NCBI GenBank assembly: GCA_035548315.1
Contig: DASZTF010000044.1
Coordinates: forward strand, 31,484-95,483
Origin: Minisyncoccota bacterium
Lineage (GTDB): Bacteria; Patescibacteriota; Minisyncoccia; Phycocordibacterales; Phycocordibacteraceae
Length of the DNA stretch: 64,000 nt
Reading direction: 5' to 3'
The notes beneath the pieces are model-generated. The model worked only from the letters and a program-made list of their open reading frames with translations. It searched no databases and was not told the origin of the DNA. Positions within the stretch are counted from its first letter, which is position 1; every line of letters begins with the position of its first letter. The translations under genes were made by a program, and so were the position numbers. Shown piece after piece: positions 16,737-25,426 of the stretch.

Positions 16737-17651
16737 ATGGCCAACAGACATCTCGCGCGATCGGTCGTACTCCAAACACTCTTCGAGTGGGATACGACGC
16801 TTGCCGCGCCGGAAGATGCCGGAGCCATGCTCGCACGTAACGTAGAAGAATTCGGTGGCGACTCCACCGACCGACCGTTCATGGATCAACTCCTCTCGGG
16901 CGTCCTTGCGAAAAAGGACGACGTCGACCTTATCATCACCAAAGCGGCTCCCGATTGGCCGCTCGATAAAATCGCGCCGGTTGATCGCAATATTCTACGC
17001 ATCGGCCTTTACGAACTCCTCTTCGCTGATCGCGCACAGGTGCCAGCGAAGGTCGCCATCAACGAAGCCATCGAACTCGCGAAGACCTTCGGCGGGGAAT
17101 CTTCAGGCCGTTTCGTGAACGGTGTCTTGGGTGCGGTCTATAAAGAGATCGGCGAGCCCGGGAAGGACGAGACCGGCAAGAAGAAGCAGCTGCGCCGCGA
17201 AGACCTCCCGGTCGAGCAGCTCGGCGGCGCGGTCGTGTACGCGTACCACGAGGGCCAGTACTACCTCGCACTCGTCCACGACGTGTTCGGTCACTGGACG
17301 CTCTCGAAGGGCGGGCTCGAGGAGGGTGAAGATGCGCCCACAGCGACCGTGCGCGAGATGAAGGACGAGCTCGGACTCGACGTCACTATCATCGAGAAGG
17401 TCGGCGAGAATGAATACGTGGCGAGCCACCCGGAGAAGGGTAAGTACCGCAAGCACGTGACGTACTTTCTCGCCGAATCCGCGTACACTGAAATCAAGCT
17501 TAAGCAGACCGGTGGGCTCGATGACGCGCGCTGGTTCAAGCTGCCCGACATCCTCGACCTCAATTTCTACGAAGACATGCTTCCGATCGTGACAGCCGCG
17601 GTGCAGACGCTCCTCGACCGCGCCCGCGCGAAGCAGCCGCAGCACGCGTGA
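16737..17651 (+). CDS. nusB: NusB antitermination factor fused to a C-terminal Nudix hydrolase domain
   Basis: N-terminal ~135 aa is NusB-like (RHLARSVVLQTLFEWD ... NGVLGAVYKE). A K-rich linker follows, then a Nudix fold with an intact Nudix box GGLEEGEDAPTATVREMKDELGL. Start at MANRH (16737), preceded by TATACT. Confidence 0.8.
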   Translation: MANRHLARSVVLQTLFEWDTTLAAPEDAGAMLARNVEEFGGDSTDRPFMDQLLSGVLAKKDDVDLIITKAAPDWPLDKIAPVDRNILRIGLYELLFADRAQVPAKVAINEAIELAKTFGGESSGRFVNGVLGAVYKEIGEPGKDETGKKKQLRREDLPVEQLGGAVVYAYHEGQYYLALVHDVFGHWTLSKGGLEEGEDAPTATVREMKDELGLDVTIIEKVGENEYVASHPEKGKYRKHVTYFLAESAYTEIKLKQTGGLDDARWFKLPDILDLNFYEDMLPIVTAAVQTLLDRARAKQPQHA

Positions 17652-17673
17652 TTTTTACCCAAATTCACGTATA

Positions 17674-18369
17674 GTGAGCGCGATGAATCCCGAAGACGCA
17701 GCACGCAAACTTGGACTCAATTTTCTCGACCTCGACCTGTTCGTCGAGGCGCTGACCCATCGCTCGTACCTCAATGAGCACCGCGACCACGCAGGGAAGC
17801 ACAACGAGCGCCTCGAGTTCCTTGGCGACGCAGTTCTCGAGCTTGCGGCCACGCGTTTCCTATATGACAAATTCCCGACCAAGCCCGAGGGCGATCTCAC
17901 GGCATACCGCGCGGCCCTGGTGAATACAGTATCGCTCGCGGGCGTGGCGAACACGCTTGGCATAAGCGAGATGCTGCTGCTGTCGAAGGGCGAAGCACGC
18001 GACACGGGTCGCGCGCGCGACGTAATCCTCGCGAATGCGTTTGAAGCTATCACCGGCGCGATTTATCTCGACCAGGGATACGACGCCGCGGCGCTGTTCC
18101 TCGCGCAGAACTTGTTCCCGAAGATCGACGAAGTGATTCAGAAGCGCGCGTGGCAAGACGCTAAGAGCCGCTTCCAGGAAGTCGCGCAAGAAAAGAAGGG
18201 TGTGACGCCCGCGTACAAAACGATTTCAGAAGTCGGGCCGGATCACGACAAGCAATTCACGGTCGCGGTGTACCTCGGCGCAGACGAGATAGCGCAGGGA
18301 GAAGGGAAGAGCAAGCAAGACGCCGAGCAGTCGGCGGCATCGGCTGCGCTCGACAAGACGGGTTGGTAG
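17674..18369 (+). CDS. rnc: Ribonuclease III
   Basis: RNase III signature ERLEFLGDAVLEL, and a C-terminal dsRBD (KSRFQEVAQEKKGVTPAYK...GKSKQDAEQSAASAAL). Confidence 0.9.
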   Translation: MSAMNPEDAARKLGLNFLDLDLFVEALTHRSYLNEHRDHAGKHNERLEFLGDAVLELAATRFLYDKFPTKPEGDLTAYRAALVNTVSLAGVANTLGISEMLLLSKGEARDTGRARDVILANAFEAITGAIYLDQGYDAAALFLAQNLFPKIDEVIQKRAWQDAKSRFQEVAQEKKGVTPAYKTISEVGPDHDKQFTVAVYLGADEIAQGEGKSKQDAEQSAASAALDKTGW

Positions 18370-18441
18370 GAGCGGCAAAGGGGGAGGCCAGCGGACCGCT
18401 CGTGTCCTCTGACCTCCCCAGGAGAGCGTTGATCTGCATAT

Positions 18442-18477
18442 CGCTATTCCTGGTTAACTGCTACGTAATGGTTAACT
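18442..18477 (+). repeat. Perfect tandem 18-bp direct repeat GGTTAACTGCTACGTAAT x2, each unit containing palindromes GTTAAC and TACGTA
   Basis: Direct reading; located in the rnc-smc intergenic region. Confidence 0.9.
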
Positions 18478-18624
18478 GCTACGTAATCTGATAACTCGTA
18501 CAGCGTGATCTACGTTTCAGGATCGCCAGGCTCCGCGATTAGCCTGGAGCGGTCACTCTACCAACTCCACGGTGAACGCTCCATGAATGCTTCACCTGCG
18601 CAGAATCGTATATACTAGAGGGGA

Positions 18625-20829
18625 ATGCTTAAACGGCTTGAAATAGCTGGCTTCAAATCCTTTGCGCGCAAGACCGTGCTCGATTTCTCGTCGTCGGTCA
18701 CGGCGATCGTGGGGCCAAACGGCTCGGGTAAAAGCAACGTCGCGGAAGCGTTCCGCTTCGCGCTCGGCGAGCAATCGATGAAGTCGATGCGCGGGAAGCG
18801 CAGCGAGGACCTTATATTCTCGGGCTCCCATTCGGCGAGCCGTGCTAATCGTGCATCAGTCGCGGTCACCTTTGATAATGCCAAGAAGCCCTTCAAGGTC
18901 GATTTCGATGAAGTCACGCTCGAGCGCGCGGTATTCCGCGACGGCGCGTCGGAGTACTCGGTAAATGGTTCCAAGGTCCGCTTGCGCGACACGCAGGAGA
19001 TTCTCGCGAGCGCGAACATCGGTGAGACCGGGCACCACATCATTTCCCAGGGCGAGGCGGATCGCATCCTGCTTGCGAATACCAAGGAGCGCCGCGCGAT
19101 GCTCGAAGACGCACTCGGACTGACCGCGTTTGAATTCAAGAAGGAGGAGAGTAAGCGCAAACTCGAGAAGACCGAGGAGAACATGAAACAGGTGGAGGCG
19201 CTGCGCCGCGAACTCACACCGCACCTTAAATTCCTCACCACGCAGGTGGAGAAACTGGAGCGTGCCGACGAACTGCGTCGGCAGCTTGCGGAGCAGTCAG
19301 CTATTTATTTCGCGACGGAGGAACATTATTTGAGTACGGAGAAAGAAAAAGCGGCGCACGCACGCGCCGTGGCGAGCGAGAAGCTGGCCGCCCTTACCGC
19401 GGAACTGAATCGCTTGGACGATACTACGGCCGACAGCGCGGGCATGAAGAAGGCGCAGGCGGTGCGCGACGCCGAGCGCGACCTCGACCGCTTGGTCGCG
19501 GAGAAGGCTGCGCTTGCGCGCGACATCGGTAAGGCCGAGGGTGCGCTCGAAGCAGCCAAGCAGCGCAGCGCCGCAGCCGCACGCGATCCCTATGTGAAGG
19601 TCTCGCGCGATGAATTCACCATGCTGCGGGATGAGATCGAGAAGCAGGTGGAGCACGCGGGAGAAGTGCCCGACTCGCTCAAGGCAGCACTCCAGGCCAT
19701 CCGGGGGGCCATCCGCGCGTTCTTCGAGCGGTTCGCACTGCCCAAGGACGCGTACCTCGCTGATGAGGAGCAGGCAGTATACAAGCTCGAAGAAGAGCAT
19801 CAAAAACTTGCGGCCAAGGATGCTGCGCTCGCCGAGATCGTCGAGCGCATGCGGCACGAACTCAGTCGCGCGCGCGAAGACGCGCGCGCTCATGAAGAAG
19901 CGGGCCGCGAAGGCAAGAAGGAATTAGTGAAGCTCGCGGACGAGCGCGCGCAAGCCACGGCAGAAGTCGCGCATCAGGGCGACCGCGAGCGAGAACTCGT
20001 CATCCTCACCGGCGAACTTGAGCAGGCACGAGCAGAGGTCGCGGCGCTCATCGGCTCGCTGATGCTCAGCACCGAAGGAAAGCCAGTCATGGGAGAAGAG
20101 CGTGCCGCGCAAGAGGGCAGGAAGCGCGCGATCGAGCGCCTCAAGATCCGTCTTGAAGAATCGGGCGGTACGGGAGAAGAAGTCCGCACGGAATATAAGG
20201 AGGCGACGGAACGTGAAGCATTCCTCGGACGCGAGCTTACCGACCTCGCGCAGTCAGCAGAGGGCCTGCGCACGCTCATCAAGGACCTCGACGACGAGCT
20301 CGCTAAGAACTTTGCAGAAGGGTTGAAGAAGGTGAACGACTCGTTCACAGAATTTTTCGCGCTTATGTTTGGCGGCGGTAGCGCCAAGCTGACCCTTGAA
20401 GAATTTGATGCTGATGAAGAGGAAGATGATCTCGCAGATGACTACGAGCCACGCAAGAAGGATAAAGATGCAAAGCCGGGTATTGAAATTTCAGTAAATC
20501 TTCCCAAGAAGAAAGTGCAGTCCCTCATGCAGCTCTCGGGCGGCGAACGCGCGCTCACCTCGATCGCGCTCATCTTTGCGATGAGCCAGGTAAATCCGCC
20601 CCCGTTCCTCATCCTCGACGAGACCGATGCCGCGCTCGACGAAGCCAACAGCCGCCGCTACGGCGACATGATCGAGAACCTCGCGAAGAAGTCGCAGCTC
20701 ATTGTGATCACCCACAATCGCGAGACCATGAGCCGCGCGGGCATCCTCTACGGCGTCACCATGGGCGCTGACGGCGTCAGTAAGCTCCTCTCGGTAAAGT
20801 TCGACGAAGCCGTCGCCGTCGCGAAATAG
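18625..20829 (+). CDS. smc: SMC-family chromosome-condensation ATPase, short hinge-less form (734 aa)
   Basis: N-terminal MLKRLEIAGFKSF...GPNGSGKSN (Walker A) and a long coiled-coil. C-terminal head carries LSGGERALTSIALIFAM (signature), LILDETDAALD (Walker B) and ITHN (D-loop/H-loop). rnc-smc synteny is conserved. No Gly-rich hinge segment recognisable. Confidence 0.8.
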   Translation: MLKRLEIAGFKSFARKTVLDFSSSVTAIVGPNGSGKSNVAEAFRFALGEQSMKSMRGKRSEDLIFSGSHSASRANRASVAVTFDNAKKPFKVDFDEVTLERAVFRDGASEYSVNGSKVRLRDTQEILASANIGETGHHIISQGEADRILLANTKERRAMLEDALGLTAFEFKKEESKRKLEKTEENMKQVEALRRELTPHLKFLTTQVEKLERADELRRQLAEQSAIYFATEEHYLSTEKEKAAHARAVASEKLAALTAELNRLDDTTADSAGMKKAQAVRDAERDLDRLVAEKAALARDIGKAEGALEAAKQRSAAAARDPYVKVSRDEFTMLRDEIEKQVEHAGEVPDSLKAALQAIRGAIRAFFERFALPKDAYLADEEQAVYKLEEEHQKLAAKDAALAEIVERMRHELSRAREDARAHEEAGREGKKELVKLADERAQATAEVAHQGDRERELVILTGELEQARAEVAALIGSLMLSTEGKPVMGEERAAQEGRKRAIERLKIRLEESGGTGEEVRTEYKEATEREAFLGRELTDLAQSAEGLRTLIKDLDDELAKNFAEGLKKVNDSFTEFFALMFGGGSAKLTLEEFDADEEEDDLADDYEPRKKDKDAKPGIEISVNLPKKKVQSLMQLSGGERALTSIALIFAMSQVNPPPFLILDETDAALDEANSRRYGDMIENLAKKSQLIVITHNRETMSRAGILYGVTMGADGVSKLLSVKFDEAVAVAK

Positions 20830-20833
20830 GGAA

Positions 20834-20861
20834 TTGACAAACAACATATAGGTGCTATTAT
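20834..20861 (+). promoter_or_regulatory. Sigma-70-like promoter TTGACA-16-TGcTATTAT
   Basis: Near-consensus -35 and extended -10 about 30 nt upstream of the ATG at 20892, with GGAGAAAAAC RBS. Confidence 0.55.
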
Positions 20862-20891
20862 TATTCCAGTAACCGCATCTGGAGAAAAACG

Positions 20892-21206
20892 ATGCACCGC
20901 ACCCTGATTGCATTTTCCGTCGCAGCTGCTCTGGCAAGCGCCAGCTCGGCACTGGCCAGTGAGAGAGTCTATGCTGCTCCTGGGCTGGCCATAATAGACG
21001 AATGGTATGTCCTCGCGTGTCACCCGAGAGAGAGACAACTGACTGTTGCCAAGCGCGAAGCGACGTCCGGCTTCCAAAAGAGTTGGAGCGCCGTACTGCC
21101 GATGCATATTGGCGACAAGTTGGCGCTCAACGCGGAGAACTCCCCGCTGCCGCAGGCAACGCTCGTCAACATCAATGGTTGCACTGGGCAGTTCGAAATC
21201 AACTGA
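20892..21206 (+). CDS. Small secreted protein (signal peptide), hypothetical
   Basis: MHRTLIAFSVAAALASASSALA signal peptide. Strong promoter and RBS upstream. Hairpin plus T-run downstream. Confidence 0.5.
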   Translation: MHRTLIAFSVAAALASASSALASERVYAAPGLAIIDEWYVLACHPRERQLTVAKREATSGFQKSWSAVLPMHIGDKLALNAENSPLPQATLVNINGCTGQFEIN

Positions 21207-21220
21207 GCTGTCGATTCTTC

Positions 21221-21256
21221 ACCCCGCCTGGTTCACCCCGGGCGGGCATTCTTTTA
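21221..21256 (+). terminator. Hairpin (cccgcc/ggcggg) + cattctttt after the small secreted protein gene
   Basis: Seen in sequence; the loop is long, so confidence is modest. Confidence 0.35.
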
Positions 21257-21514
21257 GTCAGTGGGTTGTGGATTGGGCACCGGTACCCTGTGTTAGCCTA
21301 CAGGTGTCTGCGACTGTTTTTGGGCGAGCAGACAGCCCTTTACACGTGACGGGAGACAGCAATGAGAATACTCATTTTCCGCCTTTCGGAAGCAGGTGAC
21401 GGAGGCACGACCTTCTAGAGATTCACCCCTCTACGTCGTGCAGATCCCCAACCTCTCTTCTGAAAGGCGGTGATCCAGAATCTCATGCGGTGGGGTCTCT
21501 CGCTGCATGTCTTC

Positions 21515-21552
21515 CGGAAAGGGTCTGACGCAAGTCGGACCCTTTCTTTATC
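21515..21552 (+). promoter_or_regulatory. GNRA-capped hairpin (gaaagggtctgac-GCAA-gtcggaccctttc) followed by tttcttta, 40 nt upstream of gdh; attenuator/terminator-like
   Basis: 12-13 bp stem with one G-U pair, GCAA tetraloop and T-rich 3' flank. Lies at the end of a ~300-nt non-coding stretch. Confidence 0.45.
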
Positions 21553-21592
21553 CCCATGGACGCGTGGCGGGTGAGGAGTATGCTGACTCCAC

Positions 21593-22807
21593 ATGGCCGC
21601 ATTTGAATATTTCAAGCACAACGTCGATAAAGCAGCGACACTTCTTGGACTCGGAGAAGAAGACAGGAAAAAGCTTGAAACTCCGGATCATATTTTGCGC
21701 GCGGATCTCACTATTAATTTGGCGAGCGGTGGAAGCGCGACCTTTCCGGCCTACCGCGTGCAGTTTAATAACGCACGTGGGCCCTACAAAGGCGGCATCC
21801 GATTCCATCCGAACGCCGATCAGGATGAAGTCGAGGCGCTCGCCGCGATGATGGCTATTAAATGTGCGGTGGTCGGGATTCCGCTTGGTGGTGGGAAGGG
21901 CGGTGTTGCAGTCGACCCCAAAAAACTCACGAAAGAAGATTTGCATGAACTCGCGCGCGCCTATGTGCGCGCGTTCGCCGATAACCTCGGTCCTGATGTC
22001 GATGTGCCCGCACCGGACGTGTACACCAACCCTGACATCATGGCGGTGATGCTTGATGAGTACGAGAAAATCGTGGGTCACCCGGCGCCGGCGATGATTA
22101 CTGGCAAACCAATTGAGAAGGGCGGGAGCCTTGGCCGCGACACGGCCACAGCAGACGGCGCCGTGATGGTGCTCGAAGCGCTGCTAGGGGATCAGCATCG
22201 CGATGTGTCAAAACTTTCGGCAGCAATTCAGGGCGCGGGGAACGCCGGCGCGCGTGCGGCAGAACTTCTTTTTGACCGCGGTGCAAAAGTCGTCGCACTC
22301 GCAGACTCTTCCGGAACACTTTTTGATGCGAATGGCCTCGATATTCCGGCGGCACTCAAAGCAAAAGCAGAAAAAGGTGAGTTAAGTGCATTCGGTACTG
22401 TAACGGCGCCCGATGCCGTGATCACCACGCAAACAGATATTTTGATTCCCGCTGCGCTCGAAGAGCAAGTGAATGCAAACAATGCGGCAGAGGTGAAAGC
22501 AGACATTATTTTGGAAGTTGCTAACGGCCCCGTGACTCCGGAAGCAGACGACGTGCTAAGTAAGCGCGGCGTCGCTATTGTGCCCGACGTACTCGCGAAT
22601 GCCGGCGGTGTGACGGTCTCCTATTTCGAATGGTTGCAGAACAAAGCAGGGGAGAAGTGGACGAAGGAACAAGTCGAAGACCGTCTCAAAGAAACGATGG
22701 TAGACGCCTACCGCGACGTCGCCGACTTCGCTATGACGCGCAACGTCACCATGCGCGAAGCCGCCTACGCGCTCGCGCTTTCGCGCATTCTCGAAGCTAA
22801 GCAGTAG
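21593..22807 (+). CDS. gdhA: Glutamate dehydrogenase (Glu/Leu/Phe/Val dehydrogenase family)
   Basis: GPYKGGIRFHP and GIPLGGGKGG (catalytic Lys region), plus a Rossmann GAGNAGARAA motif. RBS GAGGAG sits upstream. Confidence 0.9.
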   Translation: MAAFEYFKHNVDKAATLLGLGEEDRKKLETPDHILRADLTINLASGGSATFPAYRVQFNNARGPYKGGIRFHPNADQDEVEALAAMMAIKCAVVGIPLGGGKGGVAVDPKKLTKEDLHELARAYVRAFADNLGPDVDVPAPDVYTNPDIMAVMLDEYEKIVGHPAPAMITGKPIEKGGSLGRDTATADGAVMVLEALLGDQHRDVSKLSAAIQGAGNAGARAAELLFDRGAKVVALADSSGTLFDANGLDIPAALKAKAEKGELSAFGTVTAPDAVITTQTDILIPAALEEQVNANNAAEVKADIILEVANGPVTPEADDVLSKRGVAIVPDVLANAGGVTVSYFEWLQNKAGEKWTKEQVEDRLKETMVDAYRDVADFAMTRNVTMREAAYALALSRILEAKQ

Positions 22808-24767
22808 CAGCCGGAGCGAGTGCGAAGTCGAGTTCGCGCTCAAACGGGCGCGCCGCCATGAGTTTGACGCGGATCGGGTCGCCGAGGCGGTAGGCGGTGT
22901 GCGTGCGCTCGCCGACCACGCGATAGTGCGGCTCGTCGAATATGAAGTAGTCATCACCGAGGTCGCGGATGCGGATCATGCCTTCTGCATGGGTCTCGTT
23001 GAGCTCTACATAGATGCCGCGGTCAGATACGCCGCTGATCACAGCGTCGAATTCCTGGCCGATCTTGTCCGCCATGAATTCCACGACCTTGAGCTTCACC
23101 GAATCGCGCTCGGCCTCTGCGGCGGATACTTCACGCTCGCTCGAGTGCACGGCGAGATTCTTGAACTCCGCCATCTCCGCCGCGCTCACGACACGCTCGT
23201 GCTCAAAGTGCTTCAGCATACGATGGATCAAAAGGTCAGGGTAGCGGCGGATCGGGGAGGTGAAGTGCGTGTAGTACTCGAACGCGAGACCGAAGTGGCC
23301 AATGTTCTTGGTGTCGTACACAGCCTTCGCCATCGAGCGCAGCGTCGCGGTCTTGATGAGGTATTCCTCCGGCGTACCTTTTACCTTTTCCAAGAGGCGA
23401 TTCAACTCCGTACCTTTTACTTTTCCTGCATGGGTCTGGAGGTCGTATCCCATAACCTTCAAGAACTGCGTAAGGTTCTCGATGCGGTCGGCGTCCGGCG
23501 TGTCGTGCACGCGAAATATTACGCTGTCGTGAAGCTTCGATTGCTTCGCTGCTTTTGCAAGGTGTTCAGCGACCGCTTCATTCGCGAGCAGCATGAAGTC
23601 CTCGATGAGCATATTGGTCTCCTGGCGCTGTTTCAGGTGGATGGCGACTGGCTTACCCGTCGCATCGATCTCCACCTTTATTTCAGCGGTATCAAATTCG
23701 ATCGCGCCCTTTGCGATACGCTTTGCGCGGATCTTGCGCGCGAGCCCAGCGATAGTCTTGAGTTCTTCTACCATCGGCCCGCTACCGGTATCGAGCACGC
23801 CCTGTGCTTCTTCATAGGTAAACCGCTTGGCCGAGTGGATCACCGTTTCGCCGAACCACTTCTCATGCACGTTCGCGTTTTCATCGAGCACAAAGACTGC
23901 AGACATCGAGAGTCGATCGACATCGGGGTTGAGGGAACAGAGGTCATTGCTGAGCACGTGGGGGAGCATCGGGATCGTGCGATCCACCAGGTACACCGAT
24001 GTCGCGCGGTTACGCGCTTCCGTATCAATCGCGGTGCCCGGCGTCACAAAGTACGAGACGTCGGCGATGTGTACGCCGACCTCGATCATGCCGTTCTCAA
24101 GCTTGCGCACCGAGAGCGCATCGTCAAAGTCTTTTGCATCTGCTGGATCAATGGTGAAGGTCGGAATATTCCTGAAATCCTTGCGACCGGGCGTACCCGC
24201 TTCGATCATCGCCTTGCCCGATTCTTCAAGGCGCTTCGCTTCTGCCACGACCCCGGGAGGGAAGTCAGAACGGAATCCCTGTGCGAGCGCGAGCGCGCGC
24301 ATCTCTACTTCGTGCTCGCCAGCCGGGCCGATATCCTCGATAGCTTCGCCGCGCGGGATCTCTTCACCCTCGTTCCAGCCGATCATCTTCACGACGACTT
24401 TATGTTCGAGCGGGAAGGGCGCTTCCGTGCCCACCGGTGCCACCATAAGCGGCACGTACATCCGTTTGTTATCAGGGATGAGGATGGTATTACCGCGCTC
24501 GGTCTTCACGAGGGTGCCCACGAAGTGCTCGCTCGCGCGCTTCACGATCTCCACCACTTTCCCGGCTTTGCGGCGGTCCACGGTACCTGCGGTCTCCACC
24601 TTCACCACGTCGCGTGGGAGGGCCGTATTGAGCCATTCACGGGGGATATAGAGGTCGCTCTCCTTATCGGGCCGGGCCTTGGGGTTCTTGGGATCGGGGA
24701 TGCTGAAAAAGCCCTTACCGGTACGGGTAATGGTAATCGGGCCCTCATATACTTGATTTGCAGCCAT
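22797..24767 (-). CDS. rnr: Ribonuclease R / RNase II family 3'-5' exoribonuclease
   Basis: OB/cold-shock N-terminal region, RNB catalytic domain (FTIDPADAKDFDDALSV) and C-terminal S1 domain. 656 aa. Confidence 0.9.
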   Translation of the reverse strand: MAANQVYEGPITITRTGKGFFSIPDPKNPKARPDKESDLYIPREWLNTALPRDVVKVETAGTVDRRKAGKVVEIVKRASEHFVGTLVKTERGNTILIPDNKRMYVPLMVAPVGTEAPFPLEHKVVVKMIGWNEGEEIPRGEAIEDIGPAGEHEVEMRALALAQGFRSDFPPGVVAEAKRLEESGKAMIEAGTPGRKDFRNIPTFTIDPADAKDFDDALSVRKLENGMIEVGVHIADVSYFVTPGTAIDTEARNRATSVYLVDRTIPMLPHVLSNDLCSLNPDVDRLSMSAVFVLDENANVHEKWFGETVIHSAKRFTYEEAQGVLDTGSGPMVEELKTIAGLARKIRAKRIAKGAIEFDTAEIKVEIDATGKPVAIHLKQRQETNMLIEDFMLLANEAVAEHLAKAAKQSKLHDSVIFRVHDTPDADRIENLTQFLKVMGYDLQTHAGKVKGTELNRLLEKVKGTPEEYLIKTATLRSMAKAVYDTKNIGHFGLAFEYYTHFTSPIRRYPDLLIHRMLKHFEHERVVSAAEMAEFKNLAVHSSEREVSAAEAERDSVKLKVVEFMADKIGQEFDAVISGVSDRGIYVELNETHAEGMIRIRDLGDDYFIFDEPHYRVVGERTHTAYRLGDPIRVKLMAARPFERELDFALAPAATA

Positions 24768-24807
24768 TTACCTCACTCTAGCAGACGTTTCCTCATTTGG
24801 GGCCTAT

Positions 24808-24836
24808 TTGACCGCCTAGTACCTATTTGCTATAGT
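24808..24836 (+). promoter_or_regulatory. Promoter TTGACC-17-TATAGT ending 8 nt before the rpsP start codon (leaderless/near-leaderless)
   Basis: Direct reading of the rnr-rpsP divergent spacer. Confidence 0.5.
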
Positions 24837-24850
24837 CCCGAGACATGTTG

Positions 24851-25345
24851 ATGATCCGAATGCAGCGCATTGGCCGCACGAACGACCCGGCTTTTCGTAT
24901 TCTCGTCCTCGAAAAGACGAGCTCGCCTAAGGCCGGTACCTACACCGATCAGCTCGGTACCTATAACCCGAAGACCAAGGCCCTCACGATCGCGGAGGAC
25001 CGCCTCAAGGACTGGATGAGCAAGGGCGCGCAGCTCTCGCCGAGCCTCAAGAACCTCCTCATCGAGAAGAAGGTGCTCGAGGGTGCAAAGGTCCAGGTGA
25101 TCTCGAAGAAGAATCTCGAGAAGAACGTCGCGAAGCGCGCTGAAGAGGCTGCAGCTGCTAAGGCCAAAGAGGAAGAGGCAGTTGCTGCCGCGAAGGCCGC
25201 TGAAGAAGCAGCAAAGACAGAGGCTGAAGCAGCCGCAGCAGCTCCGGCAGAGGAGCCAGCCCCTGAAGCACCTGCTGAAGCGGCTCCCGCTCCTGAACCC
25301 GAGGCAGCGCCAGAAGCTGCACCGACTGAGGAAGTCGCAGCGTAA
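24851..25345 (+). CDS. rpsP: 30S ribosomal protein S16 with ~80-aa Ala/Glu/Lys/Pro-rich C-terminal extension
   Basis: MIRMQRIGRTNDPAFRILVLEKTSSPKAGTYTDQLGTYNP matches the bS16 core. The tail is AKAKEEEAVAAAKAAEEAAKTEAEAAAAAPAEEPAPEAP.... Start taken at the second ATG. Confidence 0.85.
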   Translation: MIRMQRIGRTNDPAFRILVLEKTSSPKAGTYTDQLGTYNPKTKALTIAEDRLKDWMSKGAQLSPSLKNLLIEKKVLEGAKVQVISKKNLEKNVAKRAEEAAAAKAKEEEAVAAAKAAEEAAKTEAEAAAAAPAEEPAPEAPAEAAPAPEPEAAPEAAPTEEVAA

Positions 25346-25426
25346 GCAAAGCAGAAAGGCCCTGAAAAGGGCCAATATGCTATACTGTACGTCGCTCGAA
25401 AGGTTACCCGCTAAGCATATCCCTCT

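Noticed and set aside
21387-21409. Glutamine riboswitch call for the gdh leader
   Set aside because: Only a short GGAAG/ACGGAGG resemblance recalled from memory. I cannot reconstruct the full E-loop/pseudoknot consensus, so it is kept as a hypothesis inside a finding rather than annotated as a feature.
22899-24851. 650-aa + strand ORF overlapping rnr
   Set aside because: Antisense to a well-supported RNase R gene.
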